From Lama glama (Eukaryota): a DNA stretch of 64,000 nt. Location of the stretch: positions 53,384,001 to 53,448,000 of the forward strand of contig CM052816.1 in assembly GCA_028534125.1 (NCBI GenBank), read 5' to 3'. A program made the position numbers and the translations under genes. Below the pieces are notes generated by a model. It had not been told where the DNA came from and searched no databases. It saw only the letters and a program-made list of their open reading frames with translations. Positions within the stretch are counted from its first letter, which is position 1. Each line of letters begins with the position of its first letter. This document shows positions 26,641 to 38,960 of this stretch, one piece after another.

Positions 26641-29209
26641 AAGCAGAGTCAGATTCAAAAAGGTAGAGGAAATAAACTACACTTTTGGACTGAGATTTGA
26701 GTTAACCTTCAGTATTATACCTGGTGTACCTTCTCAGAAGGGTCACTTGAAACCCAGCTATTTATGGATAAGCATAATCTCCCTGTTCCTGAATTGTAGC
26801 TTCTGGGCAGCAGGGAGCTGAACTTGGCGTCCCTGAGCCCCACATGCTCACGCACATTATTGATGGATCTTGTGGTAGTTTCCTTGTTCCAAGACATCTA
26901 TGTGGCTAAGAGCACGCATAGTGCTGGGAGCCGAGGGTGTGGACCCGAATGGAGTCGTGTCAGAAGCCTTGTACTGATTCCTGGGAGACACTTCCCAGAG
27001 AAAACTGGCAGTAAAGTGAAGCCATTCATCTCACCCATTGATCTGTTAGTAGACTAAGTGCCTGTCCCCAGGTGGAGGAAGAAGCCCCTGAAATATGTAT
27101 GACTCAGGCCAGTCTCCAGTAGGGGTAAATGTGACTACTTGAAACGGAATTGCCAAAACCTCCACACAAGGAACCTTCCCTCTTGCACGAAAAGGAAATT
27201 ATCAACTACAGCCTGATTGTACGTGCTCAATTCCAAAGCTCTCTGAATGCCCCCTGCCAGAGAGAGCCTGAACTCAGCCTCATATGGACTCTTTAGTTGG
27301 CAAAACATGGTCTCACTCCTCTTTCTCTCTGTCCCTTAGGTCATAGTTTTTTCTGCTTTCTCATTGCTTTTGAAAAATCCAGTAATATTCCTTTTATTCT
27401 TCCTGTGATTGACATCTCGTTTTTGTCACAAAGATAACATGCTGGCATTTCCTGTCTTTATGTTGATCTTCTCAAAAGGTGAAGTGCAGACGACCATGCC
27501 AGAAACGGAAACATAATTAACGTCTTTGTGATGCTGTCCAAGTTCTTGAGAAACTATTAGAAATGGATAATCATGGTGTTTGCCAGCTGAGGTCAAGCCA
27601 ACATCTGTACTTGTCTTTCTTTCCCGGGGGCATGACAAGAAAAGACAGAGAGAAGAGTTCAAGGAATTAGAAACAGAGTTTTCATTAGGATAACATTTGA
27701 GGTCAGGTAAACATCTCTTTTGAGTTTCATTGAAAAATTCCAGGAGGCCAAGGCGAAATTCTCCAGAAGACCTGTTTTAAGGAGTGTAGCTCAGTGGAAA
27801 GTTCACCTTAAAAAAATGTAGAAAACCTGAGTATGATATTGCTCAAGGGACTCTTAGGAAAACAGAAAAGGAAAAGGACATCCAAAACCAAAATTTCTTC
27901 TCATTTGGAAAGTGTGGAGAGCCTGGGGATGACTTCCCCCAGTGGCCAGGAAATACATCTTCGTTGCAGATTAGTTGCCTCCTTTCTAGAAGCTGTGGAG
28001 TCATATCTTAAATTTGTGAGTCTGGGTTGTGAATGCAGACAGCCATGGTGCATGCAGACTCATCTGGGAAGAGAGAACAGTGCGACTGTCCTTAGTACGC
28101 CGGGCACATTTCCTGTGTCTGTGGTTAAGCATAGAGCAGAGTTCTTGTCCACTTTTGTGTTGTTCCATTTGTTAGTTTCAGAGTTCAAATGATGTCTTCA
28201 GCAAGAGTTTAGCTCTTATTTAACTTTTTAAAAAAAGTTGAGAGAAATAGTCCCCTTTGACTCTGAAGGAAATTAAACCACAAGTCAGCCTACAAATGGA
28301 GATTGTGGAATTTCTGTCCTGGAGATCTTCAAAAGTAGAACTTAAAACTTAGGTCACTTCAGTAGTTTGTTTGGAGGCTAACCAAGATGACATCTTGCAG
28401 TGTTCCAAGTTTAAGAAACAACTCATGTTAATAGTCATATATCCTTAGAGCATAAGGAAAATGAGCACTTTGTTACATTATCTTTTGACGTCTTAAACAT
28501 GTGTTGACTTCTCCATGCCCTGAAATGACTGTGTCCTTCATTTGCATTGGATGCTAATGTTGCTTGTGGAAATTTGGGAGTGAGTAGGAGGGAGGAAGTA
28601 AGAAGGAGTTGTTCTTTTAGAAATGACATTCGATCTTTTCAGGGGATGGTGCTGAGGGGACACTTGGCTTTGACAGAGCTGACTTGACTGAGCGTGTTAA
28701 CAAATTCCCTGAAGAACAGTACTTACCTTGAGGGCCCTTCCTGTGAAGAACTGTTGCATTACTCAGTGGCCAAGCTGGCTGCTTTAAATGGTCTATAAAA
28801 TGCGAAGAGGTTGGTTGGTTCAATGTCATTGGAAACTATTAACTTTAAAAAGTTAAGAAGATTGTCTGAAACAGGATTTTAAAGTCATCTGGCTTCAGTG
28901 TGAGTCTAGGATGACAAAAATTGAAAAGTCAAAGGAAAGATTCTTTGTGGAATGCCAGACCACAGTGAGCAGAGTTCTTGGTGACTTGTTTGAACTCCCA
29001 GTGTCCCCGGGGCCGTCTCCTTCTGCAGACTGAGTCCAGCTCTCGCCTACTATGTAGTGTCAAACCAGCTTCCCTCCTCGCTGCTGACCTTAAAGAGACA
29101 CTGTCCATGGGCTTGTGAGCATCTGTAAGAATTTGTTTTTAGAAATGAGGGAAAGTGTAAGCTGTTAAATGTGCTCAGCAGACAGGAAAACAAAAGGTAA
29201 AATTGGGAG

Positions 29210-29249
29210 GCGTGTGTGTGTGTGTGCGTGCGTGCATGTATGTGTGTAC
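29210..29249. repeat. Alternating purine-pyrimidine (GT/GC/AT) tract
   Basis: gcgtgtgtgtgtgtgtgcgtgcgtgcatgtatgtgtgtac. Confidence 0.9.
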
Positions 29250-30404
29250 CAGTAGCTTATGAAAACCCTTCTTCCATTCTAAAGTAACGTATGAAAACCC
29301 TTCTTGCATTCTTTTTAGTAAAGATTTATCTTAAGAATTTCAGTTAGGTTAATGTCCTCTGTGACTGTTTCTTGAAATTGTCCAGTTAATACAATATGGA
29401 TTTAAGACAGTCCCAGGGACCTAGAAACTAAACAATATTATCTTCTCTTTGTTTTTCTTCCCTTTGTCTTTTTTGTTTGTTTGTTTTATTGTCCTGGGCA
29501 GGCAGAAATAAAAGAGCGAACGCTAAGCTATAACATTTGGTTTTAGTGCTGTTTTCTTTCCTTGTTCCATTTTAAAAAGGACACATTCATTAAAGTAAGA
29601 CTCTATGTTTTTAGTTCCTTCTCTCTTTTAAGTTTCCTTTTATTTGAAGTTAGTTCTGCCATGTGGTGGTTTTCAAGATGTTTGTTTATTTACAGTGAAA
29701 CCCTTTCTTTCCAATGAAATCTTGTGTTTAATATACGAAACAGATAAACTGCAGCTGTTTTGGGTGTTGCCCCTCGGCCCCCTCCAGCCTCATAGTTCCT
29801 GAGGCTCATCTGAGTGCCTGGGACCCCAGCAACCTGGGTTTTAATTCCCTGGCACGACCACAGGATTAGAAGGGACTGCCCAGTTTGCTTCCACCAAGAC
29901 TTTTTGTCACTTCCCTTCTCTGGACTTGCGTCTACTCTTTGAAAAAAATGATGGCTTTGTATCAGATCATCTCTGAGGTCCTTCCCGCCCTAACAGTCAG
30001 CAGTTCTGGGCCCTCCACAGAGAGCTTTGGGGCGGTGAAGTGTTTGTGCCTGAGGATACTCATGGGGAGAGCGGAGGCCTGGCTAGAGGAGGACTCGCCC
30101 TTTTCTAGCGTGCAGATGAAAGCTCAGGAGCCAACACGGACGCATCCGCAGAATTACCTCTGAGCAAAATGTTTTCTGGAGATTTCAGCGCAGCATCCTC
30201 CAATGCAGGCAGGTCTTGTGGAGAAAGGGATTTAACAGCAACAGTTGTGGGTTGCTGTTTACCATTGATTGTGGTCACATTTGCTGGTAAGTGGTTAGCT
30301 ATTAATAAATAAAATAGAATTTCCTCAGTAGAGAAAATTATGTTCTATCATTTTATGTGTGTGTGTGTTGGGAAATGCATCTGAGGGATAGTTCAAGAAT
30401 CTGC

Positions 30405-30570
30405 AGCCAGTTAACACATTTAGTTAAAGAATGGGGATGGTGAGGCCAAGGTCAGGGTTCAGTCGTTCTGTGGGCCAGTTAACTGGGTGGGGCTCTGTGG
30501 CCAGACTGTACTTTTAACCCTGACCAACTGCTTCTCACATGTGTGCCATGGGTCACAGGCAGGGTTAGAC
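30405..30570 (+). mobile_element. Ancient tRNA-Ile-headed SINE (MamSINE1-like)
   Basis: Head agccagttaacacatttagttaaagaatgg..gaggccaaggtcagggttc..tgggcca aligns to tRNA-Ile(AAT); body gttaact..tggccagactg..taaccctgacca..tgtgtgccatgggtcacagg resembles recalled MamSINE1. Confidence 0.7.
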
Positions 30571-32399
30571 TGTCTGGAAGAATATCCCAGCTCAGCTTTT
30601 CCTCCTGGGACCTAGCAGTGCCTTTGTCCTGGTAGCCGGGGGCTTGGCATCTCATCTAGGTGGATGGGGGGCACCCTGTCTACACCTCTAACAGCTGTGA
30701 GGGAAACCTGGAATACTCCTGTGAGCCAGGGTTAGGGGCCTGCTGCTTGGGGGTCTCCAGTCTGAAGACAGAGCTTCCAAGGCTGAACTGGGCTGGAGAT
30801 CATTGAAATTAAGCCAGATAGTTCTTGATAGGCATGAACCCTCCTCCTCTTTGGGATTGGGAGAAAGGCTGGCATTAGAAGAGGAATCGGCTTCAGTTTT
30901 AACTCATGAAAGCTCATTGTTTCTTTGTAGTTCTCATTTCTTCATTGAAACACCATTTTGTAATTAAAATTTGAAACACTCTATTTTCATGTGGAAAAGG
31001 ATAGCGTACAGAAATCTTAAGAAAGCTGTTTGGAAAAAAATATTCCAGTGCGCACAGTTCCCCCAGAGAATGGTTCTGTAGGAATAAATTTTTAGTACTA
31101 ATTAAACGCGGAACATTTTCTCTTGTTTCTTAGCCTAAATGCAGTAACTTATGAGGCCTCAGTAGGATTTAATCTTTGCCCCGGGAAGCAACTATGAAAG
31201 ATAGGAAAGACAAATCACCTGAACTAAAGTATTTTTAACACTTTTTTGAGAAAAGTATTTGTTTTCATTATAAACATTACAGAATTATAAAACTTATGGG
31301 CCTGTTAATCTCTGTGCCAACCAACCCCCACAGTGATCGCTGTGCTCTTGAGCCAGTTGTGAAAATGGGTATAAAGACTTCTGTTGATTTTTAGCCCCAG
31401 AATTAATTTGCTCCAGGTCAGTGGCTTCCAAAGTGTTTAACAGTGAGTGCTTTCAGCAAACAACATTTTAAGTGGAATTTTAATATAGAAAAAAAAAAGA
31501 TAAAAGCAGAGACCCTGTAGTTATAGCTGGGAAGACACTCTGCCCCCTTCCTCCCCTGCCTCACCAGCGACCCCCCCCCCCCGCTGCGCTGAGACACCCT
31601 CTGAGCAGCACTTACAGCAGGCGCTTAACCCAGCGACTTCCGCTGTACAGTGTGCTGGTGTTGGGCCTTCCTTCACCTCCTTGACTCACTCTTCTGAATG
31701 GCACGCTCCCGGTGATGTCTGTTTCCCCATCCCTGACTCTGGGTGGCTATTTTTAGTTCAGCTGCAGTTAGTCACCAGCTTAGAAGCAAACCACCTAAGC
31801 CAACCAGTGATTCTTTTTCTCCCCTGAAATTGGACCTTTACATTTAACTCATCTTTTGAGTTTAGCTCAAATGCCACATTTGTCACTGCTTTTCAGTCTG
31901 TGCCAGGAAGCTTCTCTCCTTGTGGATTGATGTTTGAATCTGTAACTGCAGTGCTTGTGCTGGGGTGGAGGCTCATGCCCACTGTCCTTCTTTTCCTTCT
32001 AGACACCATTCTAGTGTCTGTTTTCTGCCTGTTTTCTTTCCACTGCTGGATAATAAAAAGCTATGCAGCATTATTTTACCCTGTAGATAATGTTGGAGTA
32101 TCTCTTAATCTTTGATCAGACTGGAGTAACTCAGAGTCCTACACAGGAAAAACAGCCTCTTGTAAAGATATGATTCTTGAATCCATGCTGTAGCAAAATG
32201 CTGTGAGTAAGATGGTGCTAAGAATGGTGGGTCTTTGTCTTAAAAGGTGTTCATATATTCAGTATGCATTTTTTGAGCACCTGCTCTCTAGAGTAATATG
32301 GCTAAGCCTTGAAGAGATCGCCTAACTCCTTTGGTACACATCCCTCGGAGGTAGATGCTGTCATGTTTTTAAACTATACAGTAGCCAGCTTTGCCTTTC

Positions 32400-32745
32400 C
32401 TCCAGGGTGGTCTCACGCTTAACTGTGGCTTCAATCACCTCCTATCTGCTGATAATTTCTTAAACTCTGTTGTCTGCTCTAAACTCCTTTCTTCAGTTCC
32501 TGACCTTTTGCCTGCTGGAATCCCCTCTTCCCGGTTGTCCAACCAGTTATAATCGGTCCTCTGTATCCACGGGTTTTGCATCTACAGAGTCAACCAGACT
32601 CGGACTAAAACCTGCCAAGGTAGATGGCCACCTGTACTTCAAAACTTAAAAAGCCTCAGTGAGCAAATGGAGGCTACCATCACTTGATCTCCTTCCCCCC
32701 CACCCCGAGTTTCTTACCTTGGTCAAGACATTATCATCTGCCTAC
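32400..32745 (+). mobile_element. L2 fragment interrupted by a Tigger-type piece
   Basis: tggcttcaatcacctcctatctgctgataattt...gcctgctggaatccc. Confidence 0.6.
32550..32610. mobile_element. Tigger/MER2-type terminal fragment
   Basis: tcggtcctctgtatccacgggttttgcatctacagagtcaacca. Confidence 0.7.
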
Positions 32746-32749
32746 ACAC

Positions 32750-33195
32750 ATATTCATCTACTGATGCTGAGAACTCACTCTGTCTCAGGTGAGACAGAGA
32801 TCTTACCTTACTGAGAGCTTGAGACAGAAGTCTCACCTAAGACAGAGTTAGGGGTCACTACAGCACAGACCCAAGCATTAAAGTCCTTGCCTGAGTGGAG
32901 CTTACATTCTAGGGAACAGATAACTAACTTAAAAAAAAAATCTGTGTCTATACCTGTATATCTAGACACGTTTCTATCTACCCATTCCTCCTTTTGTGTG
33001 GATGGCTGTCTGTGAGTGGTGAGAGCTATGGAGAGAAGTAAAGCAGGGGAAGGATGGCAGGTGGTGCTGGAGACCGAGAGAATGTGTGTTGTGCTCTTCC
33101 GCTAGGGTGGTCAGGGAGCGAGGTGACGTTTGAACAGAGACCTGAATGAAGTGAGGGGATAAACTATATCAATACGTATGATCTGGAGAAGGGCC
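32750..33195 (-). mobile_element. L2 3' end
   Basis: aagtccttgcc...ggagcttacattctag; gagctatggagagaagtaaagcagg; gaggtgacgtttgaacagagacctgaatgaagtgaggg. Confidence 0.85.
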
Positions 33196-33309
33196 TGCCT
33201 CGCCCTCTGCCTCATCTGTCCTAGTCAAGGACTGAGTCATGGCCATTATTGTCACGTTGCCCAAACCACAATTTGTAAATGTTAGCCAGCAGATGGATGG
33301 ATGCACTTG

Positions 33310-33700
33310 GACCAGGGAGTCAGACAAGCAAATAATTATTACACAGTGTGCTGGGTATGACAGAGCCATGCCCTGAGGTCTGCATGGGCTCAGAGAAGGG
33401 AGGGCTGGGAAAAGGGCAAAGGCAAGAGTAAGCGTGGAGATGGCTTCATGGAAGGTGGCAGTTGAGTGGGGTCTTGAACAGAGTTCCAAGTATGGACTTG
33501 GGAAGGTTCTAGAGGCAGACAGAAGTGGGAGGTATCCTGGGGCCTGAACACTGAGGTTTGGAGGGCACAGCATCAGATTTGGGGTCAAAGCAGGCCACCA
33601 GGGAGGGTAGCACAGCACCGTGACTGGTAGGGGAGTGCTCAGGTGAGCTGGGAAGGTGTGTTCTGAAGGGATAAATTCATTCATCTGACCTTGAATGCTG
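33310..33700 (-). mobile_element. L2 fragment
   Basis: cagacaagcaaataattattacacagtgtg...ggcttcatggaaggtggcagttgagtggggtcttgaa. Confidence 0.65.
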
Positions 33701-35319
33701 TCCTTGGGAAAGGAAAAATGGGAAAAAGAATCTTAGGTTTGCCCTTTCCCTCCCCTTCCCAGTTGCCCCTCTGAGAGTGTTCCTTCCTTACACACCCCTT
33801 ATCCTGTGTCCTTGTCTGGTTTTAAAGACAACTTCAGCAAGGTTCCAATTCTCTGTTGCAGAAGCCTCTGCCCTCTTGGCCAGAAGGTCAGTCATGTCGG
33901 TGTTTTGAGAAAGGACTCTGCCATGTTGTGTCACCGGACAGGCGCCTGGCTGTGATGCCTGAAAGCCTGAGGGAGGGAGGGAGGGGCAGGAGGATGGGGC
34001 TGTGTTGAGGGAGGGCAGCAGGACGGGCTGTGGCTCTCCTGGATGAGGACGCGTGGGCGCTGGGCTCACCCCTGGTCTGAGCACTTGTTAGGAGTGGGAT
34101 GAACGTGCCCTGAGGACACTCCAGGAAAGCTCCGGCATCTTCCACACACAGCACTGGCGTTACTTTGGTTTTGGTGTACTTGCCTGCATTTTCTCTAATC
34201 TGTCACGGCAGGTTTCCCCTCCACCCCCACCCCCCCCCGCTTTGTTTTCTTGGGAAGACTATAAATACAGTGATTCAGTGCTAAGATTTCTTTTATGTAT
34301 AATGATTTTATTCTTTAACCTTGAGACACTGTGTTTCTTTGTGGTGTGCATACTCCTGTGCTCAGGTAAGCAGAGTTGTTGGAGGAGAAGTCAGGATTTC
34401 AGTGCCCACCTCATTCTCTCCCTCTGGGAGGGCAGCGGCCGTGTTTCCGTTTTCCCTGTGGGGCCATGGTTGGAGTGAGCAGGCCTCATTCCAGGACTCC
34501 ATGCCAAGGCATACTAGGATCTATTTTTATTGGTAAATTATACGGTACGTTACTGTGTGAGATTTAGTGCTATCATAAGCTTTGTAAGAATATTTTATTA
34601 AAGGTTCTTGTACCCTTTGTTCTGTTGTGATACTGATTTTCTACAAATTTCTTGTAATATTTTCCCTGAGAAGTGGTAAAAGCTCAGTCATACGGTTCTC
34701 TTGCAAGTAGTGTTTGAAGTGATCTCATTCCTCCGGCCTTCATTCCGAGGATGTCCTCTCTCTTGCCCAGGTGACATCAGCCTCCTGGGCTCTCTGTGGT
34801 GTAACTGAGGATCCTCTTTGGCTCTGCGTTGCTGAAATCCTGTTACCTGCTCACTAATGTCAAAGGTTTAGCTAAGCTCAGAGCCTTTGATTACAAAAAC
34901 TTAAACTTAAGGTTCAAATGCACCTGGGAGAGAAGCCGTGACCCATGTGCCTTGTGGTGTGGCCGATGGCTACCAGGCCCTTCCTGCAGCTGGGGTCATG
35001 GAGAGTGGTGTGAGGGCACCCGGGCAGAGGGCTGCCGAGCAGCGCCATGGGAGAAAATACTTCCCTGAGAAGCAGGATGCCTTGTTTCTTTTGGCCTCCC
35101 CAGGGCCTGGTGGATGCCTCTCCACGTGCCCAGTAGATCTTGTTTGGATAAAATAATGGACAGATAAGTGTTTTTATGCATATGTGAGATAATGAAAAGG
35201 GTAAACATTTTTAGATGGGGAAGCTGGGCTTCCAAAAACAACTATTCGTTTCACCATGAGAGCTGGCCTTGCTTGGAGGCAGAGTCTCCTTTTCCCTGAT
35301 TTCTTTGCTGTGTTTTCAG

Positions 35320-35401
35320 GAAATTGCAAATCCTTTGAAGGAAAAGCATTTCCAAAATGCTGAGTCGGCGTGTCTTGATGGTGTGGCAGCCCTGCCCCTC
35401 G
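35320..35401 (+). other. Candidate exon (82 nt)
   Basis: Acceptor tttccctgatttctttgctgtgttttcag|G and donor TCG|gtgagc; no transcript evidence. Confidence 0.3.
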
Positions 35402-36304
35402 GTGAGCTTCACCTGTGTGAAGGCAAGGCCCTGTGAAGCAGCGTCCAGGTCACACGGGCTCGTTCCTGGACGCCAAGGGCTTTATCGTTGGCGGTCCGGC
35501 TGGGAGCAGGCTCTCCACTTGTTGAATGTATGTCGTGGCTTGCGTGAGTCCATATGACCCTGTTTGGGAACCTTTTTAATGAGTAGGCTTTTTTACTTTG
35601 AGTTTTCATGTTGGCATCTGATTTTCAGAAACATTGGTCTGTTAGTAAAGTGTATGCCCGTATTTGGAACGCAGACTGGTGAGAAATGTCACCCAGAAGG
35701 GGCTCGCCAGCACTCGCGGTCCGGGTCCCTCGCGGTGCGCCCCGGCTGCGTGCTCACCTGCTCGTGCTGACGGCGTGAGTCTGCTGGTCTTGCTGACCTT
35801 TGCTCGAGTGAGAGGTGGGGGGATTTGATTTGGGAAGTGAGGTTTACTCACTTCCAGTGCCTGATGATATTCACAACTGTTCCTCTCTTGCAAACTGATC
35901 ACACCTTCATGTTCAAATTTAAAAGACAAGCAGGAACATTAAGAGTAGTTATCTCCTGGAGGAAGGCTCCTCAGAATGACCTAAAAAGCCCTCGAATTGT
36001 GCACACTCCCACCCCCGTCACCCTCCTCCATGTCCGCTTTCTAAGGCTACTCCAGGACAGAAGGAGGTCACAGAACTTGGTCCAGACACTGGTATTTTGA
36101 AAAAACACCCACTGGAGGACCCCCCCGAGGACAGCGGAATCACCACCCCGTGCTCCTTCCATGTCTGCCGAGTCCCCCTTCGCCTCATTCTGGAATTCCT
36201 GCTGTCACCTTTGCTTGATGATTTTCTCCTTCTTGTTAACCCAGTGTTTCTCTCTTCTCCATATCCTGCCTTTTCTGACCATCTGTGGGAAATTGTCCTA
36301 ATGC

Positions 36305-36432
36305 GATCATTCGTTCGTTTACGCAGTAAATGTTCATAAAACGTCTGCCCTGTGCCACGCCTGTGCTAAGTGCAGAGGTGAGAGCGGAGTGAGCACAGTT
36401 CGTTTCCTTCTCAAGGGGCTTCTGACCTGGTG
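36305..36432 (-). mobile_element. L2 3' tail
   Basis: tcattcgttcgtttacgcagtaaatgttcataaaacgtctgccctgtgccacgcctgtgctaagtgc...ctcaaggggcttctg. Confidence 0.6.
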
Positions 36433-37461
36433 GATTTATAACTAAATGTGGGCGCAGGGCTCACAGTTATGTGAATGAACTTGGTCCTGGCCATGTGTGT
36501 AGAGCAGTAGCGGTGCTTTGATGCACATGCCTGTTGTGTTGCATGGCAGTCTCATTCAGTCTGACTTGTTTCTGGCTCATTGGTTGGCTATTCTGCTGTA
36601 CCCAGATATTTAAACACTTACCCTTGAACAGCTTCGCGGTGATGTGGGGATTTTTGAATCAAGTCATTTTTCTTTCCTTCAGAGTCAGAGGAAGTTTCTG
36701 TGATGGACAGCATTTGGCGTGTAGTCTGTGAGGTCTTTGGAAACTTGAACTTCAGTCATTCCCTGTGTGGCTGAGTGGCAGGGCAGGCATTGCAGAGGTT
36801 CAGGTTCCCAGCATTTCACATGAGTTAACACAGCCCAGCCTTTGGCAATCTGCCACTCTCTCTACTTGGTAGACAGGTTCGTGAAATTTGACACGCTTAC
36901 ATCTTTCCTGGAAAATCTTGTAAGGTTCAGCAGTTCTTCAATGACTGACCTATTTCTGTTAAACTCCTGTTATCAGACCCAAGTGTGAGGTTGTCCTGGA
37001 CCTGTTGTCAGAATACTCAATGCATTTCATGACTTTTTGTTTTTAATAAGCTACCAGCCTAGTCTTTGAGTGACAGCTGATGCTTTGGATGCAGAAATGG
37101 GACACTGCTCTTTGTGTTGATTCTGCTGCCACCAGCTCCCCTTAAACTGTGAACCAACTTCTCCAAGCAATTATTGTTGTATCAACATAGCACAGTAAAG
37201 TGGGATTTGTACAGTTATTCCTTTAGCTGACACGTGTAAGCAGAGCCTTAGAGAGCATGTCCACCAGAAATGCAGACTGTGTCTCAGTGAGGTGGTGGGG
37301 ATGGTATGTGAGAGTTAGTAGGGCTCTTACCATGTTTTGCTTTCAGCTCAGCAGCTTTGGTACTGACTTCATGCCTCATGTCTTTGGAGCCCATCCTTGC
37401 CCCTGTCCTTGTTGGTTGAAAAGCCTCATGTCTTTGTTGTTGCAGTATTGCCTAGCTGGAC

Positions 37462-37670
37462 ATACACTGGACTTGGGAATCCGAAGTCCTAGGTTAGAAC
37501 CCAGATTCTAGCATTTACCGTGTGATTCAACTCAAGTCGTTGAAATTCCTAGTCTGTAAAATGGGGATGATGACTGGCGTCTGCCCCTACTGTGCCACTC
37601 CAGCTGCCTTCCCCTCCTAGTGTGGATCAAATGAGAAAATGAATTGGGGAATGTCTGTAACTTACACAGT
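37462..37670 (+). mobile_element. MIR SINE
   Basis: cactggacttgggaatccgaagtcctagg...tctgtaaaatggggatgat...ggatcaaatgaga. Confidence 0.75.
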
Positions 37671-38594
37671 GCTCCTGCCTCAGGAACCCCCATCCACGCC
37701 AAGCAGGGCCATCGCGAGCTGGTGCAGGGTGCAGGGAATGCCCTTCTGTTGGGGGACAGTTGCTGGGACTCTCCCTTCTGCAGTGTCTGCCCAAGCAGCT
37801 GCCTCTTAACCCACCCAGAGGCAGTCTAGACCTCGGTGGGACAACTGTTTGTTATGACATTCTTTCTTCAGCCAAGCTGAAATCTATCCTCATAACTTCC
37901 AAGATAATTTACACTTCTTGGTTCTAGTTTTACAGAGTAACATGAAACAATTCAAATCAGTGCATGTCAAGCTGTAGAAATTTATAACTGAGAGAGGGGT
38001 CTTAAACTCGGCTTCCTGTTTTTGGCAATGCGGTTCAGTAAATAAGAGCTGGTGCCCATCACGTGAGTGCTGTGCTCCGGCACTAAAGGCAGCTATTGTT
38101 TCTCCTCCTGATCTCCGGAAGTGGAACAGAAGGGCAGGGAACCAAATGGGGATGAAAGGGAAGCAAAACTTTTTAACTCTTTAATGTGCAGAAATATGGT
38201 GGTTTAAAGTTTTTTTAGAATACGAGCTAGAAGAAATAGTACCTCAATTTATAGGGTTGTGAATAATTTAAATAGCTACGCAGACTGCTAATCTACAAAA
38301 ATGAAGACAAAAGAATGATAAATAAGAAAGACGGGTATTTCTGACTTTTTAAATAAGCGCCAGTGTGTTTAACAGGCAGTAAGTGAAAAACATATTTGCA
38401 CATAGAGTAATGGAAAAATGGTGATATGGCAGCATGATAATGCCTTTGTGAGCACTGCATTTGATGTCTTTCTGGTTGCCACAGCCCAGGAGAGGACCCT
38501 GTGGTGTCTTAGAGATTAAAGGCAGAACACGCTCTCTACTTTGAGTTACAGAATTTAAAACAAAAATAAACAAATAGAAAAGCAACACCGGCAT

Positions 38595-38960
38595 GAGAGT
38601 TAGAGCCCTGGTTCCTGTTCTTGACCCTGTTACTGACTAGCAGTGTGACGTAGGGAAGTCAGCCTTTACTCTTCAGAATTGCAGTTTCCCTCAAATTTAA
38701 AATGGGGCCAAAATTTTCTGCCCCGCCTGCATCATATAGTTGTTAGGATTAAGTATGATAATTTAGGTGGATTCAAGTTTTCACTTCTTTGAAGCCACGT
38801 AACTCGCGGAAAGTTTTTTAAACTTCTCTGTGCCTGCTTCATCTTTAAAATGGGTGTAATACTAGGTGGTACCTACTGCAGGGTTTGTGAGAAATAAATG
38901 AGTTAATTTCCATCTAGTGCATAGAACAGTGCTTGACAGTTAATGCCTAATACATTGACT
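38595..38960 (+). mobile_element. Two tandem MIR fragments
   Basis: ctgttactgactagcagtgtgacgtagggaagtca...aaaatgggg and aacttctctgtgcctgcttcatctttaaaatgggt...aaatgagttaat. Confidence 0.75.

Noticed and set aside
28794..28800. TATAAAA as an alternative promoter
   Set aside because: Isolated heptamer expected by chance; no supporting initiator or first-exon evidence.
30405..30477. Functional tRNA-Ile gene
   Set aside because: Anticodon arm and boxes are degenerate and it is followed by a SINE body.
33169..33684. 171-aa minus-strand ORF
   Set aside because: Lies over L2 remnants; low-complexity Pro/Leu/Ser composition with no recognisable domain.
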